Positions 1 to 8,921 of a DNA stretch of 34,847 nt are shown piece by piece (the first letter of the stretch is position 1; every line of letters starts with the position of its first letter). The notes under the pieces were generated by a model. It had not been told where the DNA came from and made no database searches. It worked only from the letters and a program-made list of their open reading frames with translations. The position numbers were made by a program, and so were the translations under genes. The stretch is from Alteromonadales bacterium (GTDB taxonomy: Bacteria > Pseudomonadota > Gammaproteobacteria > Enterobacterales > GCA-2746155): positions 1 through 34,847 of the forward strand of contig CAXRAF010000072.1 in the NCBI GenBank assembly GCA_964228485.1, in the 5' to 3' direction.

Positions 1-230
1 TTCATGAGCTGTTGTACTGTGCGATGATCGGTGTGCTTCAGTAAGTTATTCAGCGGACTCAGCTCTGTATCGTGGATTGACTGATTGTACTTGGAGGCAA
101 GGTTACGAATCTCGAAATAGCCGAGCAGGGCCGCAAGTAAAATGATTAGTCCCTGATTGTTGGATACGCCAAATACCACCAGACATATGATTATTATCAG
201 TTTAATGAGGCGTAACTGCTTCAGACCCAC
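1..230 (-). CDS. Partial (5' end only) membrane protein, possibly a sensor kinase or other signalling protein; runs off the window edge
   Basis: Not in the ORF track. Manual translation from GTG at 230 (GGAG RBS upstream) is open to the edge: MGLKQLRLIKLIIIICLVVFGVSNNQGLIILLAALLGYFEIRNLASKYNQSIHD..., with two hydrophobic segments. Divergent from the response regulators; function inferred from context only. Confidence 0.6.
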   Translation of the reverse strand, partial: MGLKQLRLIKLIIIICLVVFGVSNNQGLIILLAALLGYFEIRNLASKYNQSIHDTELSPLNNLLKHTDHRTVQQLM

Positions 231-354
231 GTCGTGTATCTCCAGAGTCGGTTAGTTCCAGCAATGTAAGACGCAGTCTAGCATGACATGTTGCAGAGCA
301 GAAATATTTGCTTATCACAGTAAAAATCAGTAACTTAACTCTGGACCCACGATT

Positions 355-741
355 TTGGACAATTCAATGTATAGCATATTAGTAATCGACGATGACGAAC
401 AACTCTTAAGGTTGATTCGTGATATGTTTGAGATTGAAGGCTGGAGTGTTCAAACCTGTGCGTCAAATGATGCTGTAGAAAAAGCTGTTAAAGACGGTAC
501 ATATGATCTCTGCATTATCGACTTACACCTTCCTGATGGTGATGGTAATCGTTTAATTGAATCATTACACGACTCTTTGAGTATTCCTGTGATAGCAATC
601 AGTGGTACTGAAAATACTATAGATTTGGCTGCAACTCGTCAGATTGGGGCTGATTATCACATGAAGAAACCATTTGAGCCTGACGAATTGATCATCGAGT
701 GCCGTCGCCTGATAGAGAAGCATAGAGCACCTGCAACGTAA
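355..741 (+). CDS. Single-domain response regulator (REC, CheY-like); alternative ATG start at 367
   Basis: ILVIDDD acidic pocket, phospho-Asp in CIIDLHLPDGDG, AISG, MKKPF. Confidence 0.9.
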   Translation: MDNSMYSILVIDDDEQLLRLIRDMFEIEGWSVQTCASNDAVEKAVKDGTYDLCIIDLHLPDGDGNRLIESLHDSLSIPVIAISGTENTIDLAATRQIGADYHMKKPFEPDELIIECRRLIEKHRAPAT

Positions 742-880
742 CATTTATATTTCTCATTTTTCAGTCATTAATGACAGTTTAAAGACAAAAACTAGGTAAT
801 CAGTTCTTGTTCTTCTGAATTTTCAGTCCATACTTTGACTAACGAACATACAAACTAAACACATTTTTATCGAGACCTTT

Positions 881-1462
881 ATGTTAGCGCCTAAAGATAT
901 GAACGAATCTCAGATATTGACGCCAAATCAAGTGGCGGAAATGCTGATGGTATCGCCGGCTGCTGTGCGTCAATGGGCAGCCAAAGGTCAGATACCTGCG
1001 ATGACGACACCTGGTGGTCATCGACGATTCAGATTAGGAGATGTGATTGACTTTGCTCAAGGACGAGGTATGTCATTACAGAACCACTATGACGCCTTAT
1101 CAATACTCATTGTCGATGATGATGAGCAATATGCTAAATTCCTCAAAGAAATCATCACGTTGCATGATGACAACATCAAAGTGCGTGTGGCAAATGATGG
1201 TTTTGAAGCTGGCAAATTAGTCCAAAGTTTCAAGCCGGATTTAGTGTTTCTTGACTTACGCATGCCGACAATGGACGGCTTCGAAACCTGTCGCCGCCTG
1301 AAAAGTGATCCAGATACAGACTCAATCAGAATTGTCTGTATGACGGGATTTGATGCTGATTCAGATCGCGCGAAGGTGCTCGAATATGGCGCAGAGGCTT
1401 GCCTTAAGAAACCAATTGAGGAAGAATTAGTCATTTCCTACTTGGATAAAGCAACAGCTTAA
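881..1462 (+). CDS. Excisionase/MerR-type (BldC-like) HTH fused to a C-terminal REC domain
   Basis: N-terminal LTPNQVAEMLMVSPAAVRQWAAKGQIPAMTTPGGHRRF winged HTH; C-terminal LIVDDD, FLDLRMP, MTG, LKKP. Confidence 0.88.
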   Translation: MLAPKDMNESQILTPNQVAEMLMVSPAAVRQWAAKGQIPAMTTPGGHRRFRLGDVIDFAQGRGMSLQNHYDALSILIVDDDEQYAKFLKEIITLHDDNIKVRVANDGFEAGKLVQSFKPDLVFLDLRMPTMDGFETCRRLKSDPDTDSIRIVCMTGFDADSDRAKVLEYGAEACLKKPIEEELVISYLDKATA

Positions 1463-1481
1463 TGCTCAACGGCAAACGATT

Positions 1482-1862
1482 GTGACTAAAAAAACAATTC
1501 TGGTTATCGAGGATGACCTCGAATTACAGGCCTTCGTAGAAGAATTTTTAACGGAAAACAACTACCAGATTTTGCTTGCGAATAATGGTAACGAGGGACT
1601 GGCAATGATTGAAGAGAATCAGCTCGATTTGATTCTCACCGATTTACTTATGCCAGAAAAAGATGGCGTGCGTGTCATCTCAGATGTCAAAGCACACCAC
1701 CCAGAAATCCCTATCATTGCCATGTCAGGTGGGCAATCTGTATTCTCTCCGGTATTTCTGGAAGCAGCCAATACACTGGGTGCTACAAAGACACTCACAA
1801 AGCCATTCAGAAACGAAGAATTACTACAAACAATCCAAGATTGTCTGAAAACCGACGACTAA
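1482..1862 (+). CDS. Single-domain response regulator (REC)
   Basis: ILVIEDD, ILTDLLMPEKDG, AMSGG, LTKPF; GTG start. Confidence 0.9.
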   Translation: MTKKTILVIEDDLELQAFVEEFLTENNYQILLANNGNEGLAMIEENQLDLILTDLLMPEKDGVRVISDVKAHHPEIPIIAMSGGQSVFSPVFLEAANTLGATKTLTKPFRNEELLQTIQDCLKTDD

Positions 1863-1917
1863 ACTGATAATTCCCTGAGATATGCCAGATTTCCTCATTC
1901 CACGAGGTGAATTTTGC

Positions 1918-1954
1918 TTGCAATCACGGACTGATTTTGATTAAATGCGCGCTC
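1918..1954 (+). promoter_or_regulatory. Sigma70-type stable-RNA promoter for tRNA-Leu with GC-rich discriminator
   Basis: TTGCAA (1918-1923), 17 nt spacer, TTAAAT (1941-1946), then GCGCGCTC. Confidence 0.6.
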
Positions 1955-2030
1955 TCGAAATCAGTACTGCATTTTGGACGAATATCGCTAAATACTGAGT
2001 TCGAATCGAATCACTCTGATGATTGATGCT

Positions 2031-2115
2031 GCGGAAGTGGTGGAATTGGTAGACACGCTGGTTTTAGGTACCAGTGCCGCAAGGCGTGAGAGTTCAAGTC
2101 TCTCCTTCCGCACCA
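2031..2115 (+). tRNA. tRNA-Leu (anticodon TAG)
   Basis: Acceptor stem GCGGAAG/CTTCCGC, D-loop with GG, anticodon arm CTGGT-TTTAGGT-ACCAG, long variable arm GCCGCAAGGC, T-loop TTCAAGT, encoded CCA; 85 nt. Confidence 0.97.
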
Positions 2116-2164
2116 ATTGTTCAAGAGCTGGCGCGCTCCAGCTCAGACTAAGCAAAGAATGTTG

Positions 2165-2189
2165 AAGGGGATTTTAGATCCCCTTTTTT
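2165..2189 (+). terminator. Intrinsic-terminator-like hairpin between tRNA-Leu and tig
   Basis: AAGGGGAT-tttag-ATCCCCTT with a T run ending at 2189. Confidence 0.6.
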
Positions 2190-2205
2190 GAGGAAGTTAA
2201 ATATT

Positions 2206-3513
2206 ATGCAAGTTTCTGTTGAAACCACACAGGGCCTCGAGCGAAAAGTGACCATCAGCATCCCCGCTGGTGATATGAAAACTGAAGTACAAAAGCGTCT
2301 GCAACAGCTATCCAAGACACAAAGAATGGCTGGATTCCGACCCGGTAAAATCCCGATGAGCATCATCAAGAAAAGATTTGGTCCGGCAGTACGCAATGAA
2401 GTTTATCAAGAAGCCATGTCGCGCTCATTTTACGAGGCAATTCAACAAGAAAATATCCAGCCTGCAGGACAACCGATGTTGGATGCTGAGACATTTGAAG
2501 GCGATGATTTTGAATTCACTGCCACGTTCGAAGTGTTTCCTGAGATAAAACTCAAGCCATTTAAAGACATCAAAATAGAGCGGCCTGAAGCAGAAATTAC
2601 TGAAAAGGATGTTGATAACATGCTAACCAATCTGCAGAAGCAGAAAGGTACATGGGCGTCTGTTAAGCGCATGGCGAAAAAAGAAGATAAAGTCACAATT
2701 GATTTTGTCGGCAAGGTAGACGGTGAAGTATTCGAGGGCGGTTCAGCTGAGAAGTTTGATTTGATTCTTGGTTCTGATTCCATGATCCCTGGTTTCGAGA
2801 AAGCACTCCTTAAAATTAAGAAGGGTGAAGAGCGCGATATCGATGTTACCTTCCCAGAGGATTACCAAGCTGAAAACCTGGCAGGCAAAGATGCAGTATT
2901 CTCAATCGTTTGCCATGATGTCCAAGGCATGAAGTTGCCAGAAATGGACGATGATTTTGTCAAAGAATTTGGTGTCGACGAAGGCGGAGTTGATGCACTC
3001 AAAGAAGAAATCACCAAAAACATGCAGCGCGAGCTTGATGCCAAGCTACGTAGCATGAACAAGCAGGTTGTTTTCGAAGCGGTGCAAAAAGCCAATGACG
3101 TCGAGATTCCTAAGCCACTCATCGATCGTGAAATTGATTTGCTAAAACAACAGGCTGTACAACAATTCTCTCAAGGTCGTGATGCGAATATTGATATTCC
3201 TGACCTACCGGCAGCACTGTTCGAAGAGCAGGCGAAAACCCGTGTATCTTTGGCGCTGCTTGTGAATCAGATAATCACTGATAATGAGTTGAAAGTGGAT
3301 GCTGACCGCGTTAAAGAGCAGGTTGAAACGATGGCATCGGCCTATGACGATCCAGAGCAAATGGTCAACTGGTTCTACTCTAACCCAGAGCAATTGCAGC
3401 AGGTTGAATCATCTGTGCTTGAAGATCAGGTCGCGGAATTTATTATCGAAAATGCCAAAGTGAAGAATAAATCGATGAGCTTTGACGAGATTATGTCACC
3501 AGCGAATGCCTAG
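2206..3513 (+). CDS. tig: Trigger factor
   Basis: MQVSVETTQGLER start with GAGG RBS at 2190; ribosome-binding GFRPGKIP motif; FKBP domain FEGG...MIPGFE; position before clpP. Confidence 0.97.
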   Translation: MQVSVETTQGLERKVTISIPAGDMKTEVQKRLQQLSKTQRMAGFRPGKIPMSIIKKRFGPAVRNEVYQEAMSRSFYEAIQQENIQPAGQPMLDAETFEGDDFEFTATFEVFPEIKLKPFKDIKIERPEAEITEKDVDNMLTNLQKQKGTWASVKRMAKKEDKVTIDFVGKVDGEVFEGGSAEKFDLILGSDSMIPGFEKALLKIKKGEERDIDVTFPEDYQAENLAGKDAVFSIVCHDVQGMKLPEMDDDFVKEFGVDEGGVDALKEEITKNMQRELDAKLRSMNKQVVFEAVQKANDVEIPKPLIDREIDLLKQQAVQQFSQGRDANIDIPDLPAALFEEQAKTRVSLALLVNQIITDNELKVDADRVKEQVETMASAYDDPEQMVNWFYSNPEQLQQVESSVLEDQVAEFIIENAKVKNKSMSFDEIMSPANA

Positions 3514-3515
3514 TA

Positions 3516-3544
3516 CTTGAAGTAGGACTTGCTGAACACCATAA
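3516..3544 (+). promoter_or_regulatory. Putative sigma32 (heat-shock) promoter for clpP
   Basis: CTTGAA-N15-CACCATAA, compared with consensus CTTGAA-N13-15-CCCCAT. Confidence 0.55.
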
Positions 3545-3588
3545 AATAACGTAGTTTTGGTAAAGTTATTATTCACAGGGTTTTTACG

Positions 3589-4200
3589 ATGAAATCAGCA
3601 CTTGATGCACAAAATCTGGGACTAGTCCCAATGGTCATTGAACAAACAGCCAAAGGTGAACGTTCATTTGACATCTACTCTCGACTGCTCAAAGAGCGCG
3701 TCATTTTTCTGGTTGGTGGTGTTGACGATAATGTTGCTAATCTTGTCGTCGCACAGCTGTTGTTTTTAGAATCAGAAAACCCGGATAAAGACATCTCTCT
3801 CTACATTAATTCACCGGGTGGTTCTGTGACTGCTGGTATGTCTATCTATGACACCATGCAGTTCATCAAACCGGATATTTCCACGCTGTGTATCGGCCAA
3901 GCGTGCTCGATGGGTGCATTTCTACTAACCGGCGGCACTAAAGGCAAGCGTTTCGCACTGCCTAACTCACGTATGATGATTCATCAGCCACTCGGTGGAT
4001 TCCAAGGTCAGGCCTCTGATATTGAGATACATGCCAAGGAAATTTTAACCCTGAAAGATCGACTCAATCAGATTATGGCAGACAATACTGGGCAATCACT
4101 CGAGCAAATATCGAACGATACAGATCGTGACAATTTCATGAGTGCTCATGACGCAGTCGACTATGGTTTGATTGACAAGGTGCTTGAGACGCGAAACTAG
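3589..4200 (+). CDS. clpP: ATP-dependent Clp protease proteolytic subunit
   Basis: [24 protein letters not shown], catalytic Ser (ACSMG), His (IHQP), Asp (DRDNF). Confidence 0.98.
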   Translation: MKSALDAQNLGLVPMVIEQTAKGERSFDIYSRLLKERVIFLVGGVDDNVANLVVAQLLFLESENPDKDISLYINSPGGSVTAGMSIYDTMQFIKPDISTLCIGQACSMGAFLLTGGTKGKRFALPNSRMMIHQPLGGFQGQASDIEIHAKEILTLKDRLNQIMADNTGQSLEQISNDTDRDNFMSAHDAVDYGLIDKVLETRN

Positions 4201-4375
4201 CGAAATCAAGTATTTGCGTGCTAAAAGTTAGATTCATTCGAATATTTCTCTATTCTTAAGCAAAAATCTCGCAAATTTGTGGATTTAAGCACAGTTTGCT
4301 TGCACATCTGCGGTTTTTACATTAAGAATATGTAATATAGTAGTTAAAAATACTACGCAATATCTGGAAACATCC

Positions 4376-5674
4376 ATGAGCGATAAAAATAACGATAAAA
4401 CAGACGATAATGGCAAACTTCTTTACTGCTCTTTTTGCGGTAAAAGTCAGCATGAAGTGCGCAAATTAATTGCCGGCCCATCTGTGTTCATCTGCGATGA
4501 ATGCGTTGAGTTGTGTAATGATATTATTCGTGAGGAAGTTCAGGAGTCCACTGAAGAATCTAGCGATGCCAAATTACCGACTCCGCACGAAATCCACCGT
4601 CAGCTAGATGACTATGTTATTGGTCAAGAAGCCGCAAAGAAATATCTCTCTGTTGCTGTGTACAATCATTATAAGCGTCTCAACAACGAGGAACGTCCAG
4701 GCAAAGATTCAGACCCAGTTGAACTAGGTAAAAGTAATATACTACTACTCGGACCAACCGGTAGCGGTAAGACGTTACTTGCCGAGACTCTGGCTCGTCT
4801 GTTAAATGTCCCATTTACTATCGCCGATGCCACAACACTCACTGAAGCAGGTGATGTAGGTGAGGATGTCGAGAATATCATTCAAAAGTTACTCCAGAAA
4901 TGTGATTACGATGTCGAGAAAGCGCAAAGCGGTATTGTTTACATCGATGAAATCGACAAGGTATCTCGTAAATCTGAAAACCCTTCCATCACACGTGATG
5001 TTTCTGGCGAGGGCGTTCAGCAAGCATTATTAAAGTTGATTGAAGGTACTGTCGCTTCGATTCCTCCTCAAGGGGGACGCAAGCATCCACAGCAGGAATT
5101 TTTGCAGGTAGACACCTCAAACATCCTATTTATCTGTGGTGGTGCTTTTGCCGGACTCGATAAGATTATTCGTGACCGCTCAGAGAAGGGTGGTATGGGG
5201 TTCGCTGCTGAAATCAAAAGCAAGGATGAAAACAAATCATTTGGTGAAGCGCTTAAGGGTGTCGAGCCGGAAGATTTGGTCAAGTATGGACTGATCCCAG
5301 AGTTTGTTGGTCGTCTACCTGTTATTGCAACGCTTGAAGAGCTTGATGAAGAGGCGCTGGTTAGAATTCTCAAAGAACCAAAGAACGCCTTGACCAAGCA
5401 GTACAATAAGCTGTTTGAACTTGATGGCGCAACACTGGAACTTCGTGATGATGCACTTGTGGCGATTGCTCGCAAAGCAATGAAGCGTGAGACCGGTGCT
5501 CGCGGATTACGTTCAATCATGGAGTCAGTTCTGCTTGATACGATGTATGCGCTACCCTCAGAAGAGAATGTCACAAAAGTAGCTATAGATGCTGCGGTCA
5601 TCGAAGGTGAATCTGAGCCGTTGTTGATATACGAGAATAACGACGTACAAGACAAGCGAGCTTCCTCAGAATAA
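4376..5674 (+). CDS. clpX: Clp protease ATP-binding subunit ClpX (pore-1 loop reads GDVG)
   Basis: Zinc-binding CSFC...CDEC, Walker A GPTGSGKT, Walker [20 protein letters not shown] loop, MGF loop, GARGLR. Confidence 0.97.
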   Translation: MSDKNNDKTDDNGKLLYCSFCGKSQHEVRKLIAGPSVFICDECVELCNDIIREEVQESTEESSDAKLPTPHEIHRQLDDYVIGQEAAKKYLSVAVYNHYKRLNNEERPGKDSDPVELGKSNILLLGPTGSGKTLLAETLARLLNVPFTIADATTLTEAGDVGEDVENIIQKLLQKCDYDVEKAQSGIVYIDEIDKVSRKSENPSITRDVSGEGVQQALLKLIEGTVASIPPQGGRKHPQQEFLQVDTSNILFICGGAFAGLDKIIRDRSEKGGMGFAAEIKSKDENKSFGEALKGVEPEDLVKYGLIPEFVGRLPVIATLEELDEEALVRILKEPKNALTKQYNKLFELDGATLELRDDALVAIARKAMKRETGARGLRSIMESVLLDTMYALPSEENVTKVAIDAAVIEGESEPLLIYENNDVQDKRASSE

Positions 5675-5732
5675 TCTGACCGTGTCTGGTAGTTCCGAGA
5701 CTACTGCGATAAATATTTAATCGGTCCGCTCG

Positions 5733-5760
5733 CTTGAAGCATTGTTCACTGTACCCATAT
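5733..5760 (+). promoter_or_regulatory. Sigma32 promoter for lon
   Basis: CTTGAA-N14-ACCCATAT, 55 nt upstream of the lon ATG. Confidence 0.75.
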
Positions 5761-5815
5761 AGTTTTTAAGTAACACTGAAAGGCTGCATCCCTGCTAGTC
5801 TAATCGAGAGCATAC

Positions 5816-8230
5816 ATGAGTAAAGAATTAGCCGAGAACGAATATCCCGTCCTACCACTCAGAGATGTGGTTGTCTTTCCCCACATGGTTATTCCACTAT
5901 TTGTGGGTCGTCAACGCTCGATTGAAGCGCTTGAGATGGCAACCGGTGCAGACACGCAAATATTATTGGTCGCTCAGAAAGAGGCCGATAAGGAGAGCCC
6001 CACTGATAAACACATCTATCAGGTGGGTTGTCTGGCCAACATTCTGCAATTACTCAAACTTCCCGATGGTAATGTCAAAGTATTAGTCGAGGGATTAGAG
6101 CGCGTTGAAATCACCGAATACCATCTTGATGAGGAAGTGATCACTGCCAATGTTGTCAATATAAGTGCGGACGAGGAAACGTCTGAAGACAACGAGGTGG
6201 TCATGAAGACCATGCTCTCAACCTTTGAGAAATACGTCAAACTGAACACTAAAATTCCTCAGGAGATACTAACGTCTCTGTCGGGTATTGAGGCCCCGGG
6301 CCGTCTGACGGACACCATCGCTGCTCACCTGCCACTCAAGGTGGAAAATAAGCAAAAGATACTCGAAATGGCGAATATTGCTGAACGTCTTGAGCACCTG
6401 ATGGGGCTCATGGACGCAGAGATGGATGTCATTCAACTTGAGAAGAAAGTACGAGGTCGCGTCAAAAAGCAGATGGAGAAAAATCAGCGCGAGTATTATC
6501 TCAATGAGCAAATGAAGGCCATCCAAAAAGAACTTGGTGAAAACGAGGAGGGTGTCAGCGAGTTTCAGGATATAGAGAATAAGATAGCTGAAGCGAAGAT
6601 GCCTGATGAGGCACAGGAGAAGGCTGAATCTGAGCTCAAGAAGCTCAAAATGATGTCGCCTATGTCTGCTGAGGCTACTGTGGTGCGCAGCTACCTTGAT
6701 TGGATCACTGGCATTCCTTGGAAGAAAAAGTCGCGTGTGCGTAAAGATCTGGCGGCCGCTGAAGAGATTCTGAATGAGGACCATTATGGTCTGGAAAAGG
6801 TTAAAGAGCGGATTTTAGAATATTTGGCGGTACAACAACGGGTCAACAAATTGAAAGGTCCTATCCTGTGTCTGGTTGGTCCTCCGGGTGTTGGTAAAAC
6901 CTCGCTCGGTCAATCCATTGCCAAATCAACAGGACGTAATTTTGTCCGTATGTCGCTTGGTGGTGTGCGTGATGAAGCTGAAATTAGAGGCCATCGTCGT
7001 ACCTACGTCGGCTCACTTCCCGGCAAAATTATTCAAAAGATGTCAAAAGTCGGGGTTAAAAACCCAATGTTCTTGCTCGACGAACTCGACAAAATGACCA
7101 GTGACATGCGTGGTGATCCAGCCAGTGCCATGTTGGAGGTGCTTGATCCCGAGCAGAATAGTTCATTCAACGACCACTATCTGGAGGTCGATTATGACTT
7201 ATCCGATGTGATGTTTGTCGCCACGGCTAACAGCATGAACATACCGGCACCACTGCTGGATCGTATGGAGGTTATCAGACTGTCAGGCTACACTGAGGAA
7301 GAGAAACTCAACATTGCCCTGAAATATCTCCTGCCTAAACAGATTAAAAACAATGGTTTGAAGGATGGCGAATTAGAAATTAGCCGTAAAGCAGTTGTCG
7401 ATATTATTCGTTATTACACCAAAGAAGCAGGTGTACGCGGTTTGGAACGTGAAATCGCCAAGCTGTGCCGTAAAACAATCAAAGATATTTTGCTATCCAA
7501 AAAGTCGAAAAAACCACTGACTAAGGTCAAAATCACACCTAAAGATCTGGAAAAGTATCTCGGTGTTCAGCGCTTTGATTATGGTACTGCGGCTGAATCA
7601 GCTCAGGTCGGACAGGTAACCGGCTTAGCCTGGACTGAATTTGGTGGCGAAATATTAACCATCGAGTCTGCCGTAACGGCAGGTAAAGGCAAAACCACCT
7701 GTACGGGTTCTTTGGGTGATGTCATGAAAGAGTCGATCACTGCAGCGTTGACTGTAGTCAGGGCTCGCGCCAGTAGCCTAGGTATTGCCGAGAACTTTCA
7801 CGAAAAGATCGATGTCCACGTTCACGTACCCGAGGGAGCCACGCCGAAGGATGGTCCGAGTGCCGGTATTGGGATGTGTACCGCTCTGGTATCAGCGCTG
7901 ACAGATATTCCTGTGGCTGCGGATGTCGCCATGACCGGGGAGATTACTCTTCGCGGTGAAGTATTACCAATCGGTGGATTGAAAGAAAAGTTACTCGCAG
8001 CGCATCGTGGTGGCATCAAAACGGTATTGATCCCACACCAAAACGAGCGAGATTTGAAAGATATACCGGACAAGGTAAAAGCTAACCTGACAATCATTCC
8101 TGTGAAGTGGATCGATGAGGTGTTAGAAATTGCATTAACAGAACAACCAGTCCCTGCACTGGAGAATGTCTCAATGAGTGATTCATCCGATGCATCTATC
8201 GAGGATGTAACGAAGGTAAAACCACACTAA
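5816..8230 (+). CDS. lon: Lon (La) protease
   Basis: [13 protein letters not shown]-domain, [22 protein letters not shown], catalytic PKDGPSAG and GGLKEK. Confidence 0.98.
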   Translation: MSKELAENEYPVLPLRDVVVFPHMVIPLFVGRQRSIEALEMATGADTQILLVAQKEADKESPTDKHIYQVGCLANILQLLKLPDGNVKVLVEGLERVEITEYHLDEEVITANVVNISADEETSEDNEVVMKTMLSTFEKYVKLNTKIPQEILTSLSGIEAPGRLTDTIAAHLPLKVENKQKILEMANIAERLEHLMGLMDAEMDVIQLEKKVRGRVKKQMEKNQREYYLNEQMKAIQKELGENEEGVSEFQDIENKIAEAKMPDEAQEKAESELKKLKMMSPMSAEATVVRSYLDWITGIPWKKKSRVRKDLAAAEEILNEDHYGLEKVKERILEYLAVQQRVNKLKGPILCLVGPPGVGKTSLGQSIAKSTGRNFVRMSLGGVRDEAEIRGHRRTYVGSLPGKIIQKMSKVGVKNPMFLLDELDKMTSDMRGDPASAMLEVLDPEQNSSFNDHYLEVDYDLSDVMFVATANSMNIPAPLLDRMEVIRLSGYTEEEKLNIALKYLLPKQIKNNGLKDGELEISRKAVVDIIRYYTKEAGVRGLEREIAKLCRKTIKDILLSKKSKKPLTKVKITPKDLEKYLGVQRFDYGTAAESAQVGQVTGLAWTEFGGEILTIESAVTAGKGKTTCTGSLGDVMKESITAALTVVRARASSLGIAENFHEKIDVHVHVPEGATPKDGPSAGIGMCTALVSALTDIPVAADVAMTGEITLRGEVLPIGGLKEKLLAAHRGGIKTVLIPHQNERDLKDIPDKVKANLTIIPVKWIDEVLEIALTEQPVPALENVSMSDSSDASIEDVTKVKPH

Positions 8231-8341
8231 AGTAGTACCAAAATTGGTTAAATTTTTAGTACCATTTTAACTAACTATATGATAGCGAAAGCCAGAAAGC
8301 GCCTAGGTTTCAAGAGATTTCGACTTTTTTAATCCCTATGC

Positions 8342-8371
8342 TTGACAGCTTGTTTGTACAGTTGGTATAAA
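8342..8371 (+). promoter_or_regulatory. Sigma70 promoter for hupB
   Basis: TTGACA-N18-TATAAA with TG extension. Confidence 0.65.
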
Positions 8372-8468
8372 CACTAGACCGAACAGGGAGGCAGTATTAT
8401 CTGAAGGGCGTGACTCTGGGCAAACTGTCATATAAATCTATAAAAACTCTTTAAAAGGGGAATATTCT

Positions 8469-8741
8469 GTGAATAAGTCTGAATTAATCGATGCCATCGC
8501 ATCAGAAGCCGATATCTCTAAAGCGTCTGCAGGACGAGCTTTAGATTCAATGATCAACAGCATTACTGGTGCATTATCAGGTGGTGATTCTGTTTCATTG
8601 GTAGGCTTCGGAACATTTAGTGTAAAAGAACGCGCTGCAAGAACTGGTCGCAACCCACAAACTGGTGAAACTATCCAGATTAAAGCTGCAAAAGTTCCTG
8701 GCTTCAAAGCCGGTAAAGCTCTGAAAGACGCTGTAAACTAG
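8469..8741 (+). CDS. hupB: DNA-binding protein HU (beta type)
   Basis: [11 protein letters not shown]...GFGTF...RTGRNPQTG...[12 protein letters not shown], 90 aa, GTG start, between lon and ppiD. Confidence 0.97.
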   Translation: MNKSELIDAIASEADISKASAGRALDSMINSITGALSGGDSVSLVGFGTFSVKERAARTGRNPQTGETIQIKAAKVPGFKAGKALKDAVN

Positions 8742-8752
8742 TTTCTTTTAAA

Positions 8753-8786
8753 CCGTGTCAGCACCACTCGCTGACACGGGTTCTTC
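8753..8786 (+). terminator. Hairpin/terminator after hupB
   Basis: CCGTGTCAGC-accactc-GCTGACACGG followed by a weak T-rich tail (GTTCTTC). Confidence 0.6.
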
Positions 8787-8921
8787 TCTAAACCCGCTTT
8801 CCATCCCGTTAAGCGTAACTAATGCTTGAACGTGGAGCTTCAATCCACTAATATTCAGCGCTCTGCAACACGACAGATGCAGTGTTCAAACCGTTAAAAG
8901 AAACACGAGACCGATACAAAT

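Noticed and set aside
1995-2010. GAGTTCGAATC resembling a tRNA T-arm upstream of tRNA-Leu (second or relic tRNA)
   Set aside because: No acceptor stem, D-arm or anticodon arm can be folded around it
881-2115. Excisionase-like HTH near a tRNA suggesting an integrated element
   Set aside because: No integrase, no duplicated tRNA 3' end seen, and the HTH is fused to a receiver domain
5192-5206. ClpX MGF instead of IGF docking loop; ClpP ACSM instead of AASM
   Set aside because: Both are common natural variants
5068-5655. 195-aa antisense ORF inside clpX, and the many similar antisense or nested ORFs in the track
   Set aside because: Ser-rich shadow frames of well-conserved genes, without recognisable motifs
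8825-8854. Possible sigma32 promoter for ppiD (CTTGAA-N14-CCACTAAT)
   Set aside because: Poor -10 match, and equally readable as sigma70 TTGAAC-N17-TAATAT; too ambiguous to call
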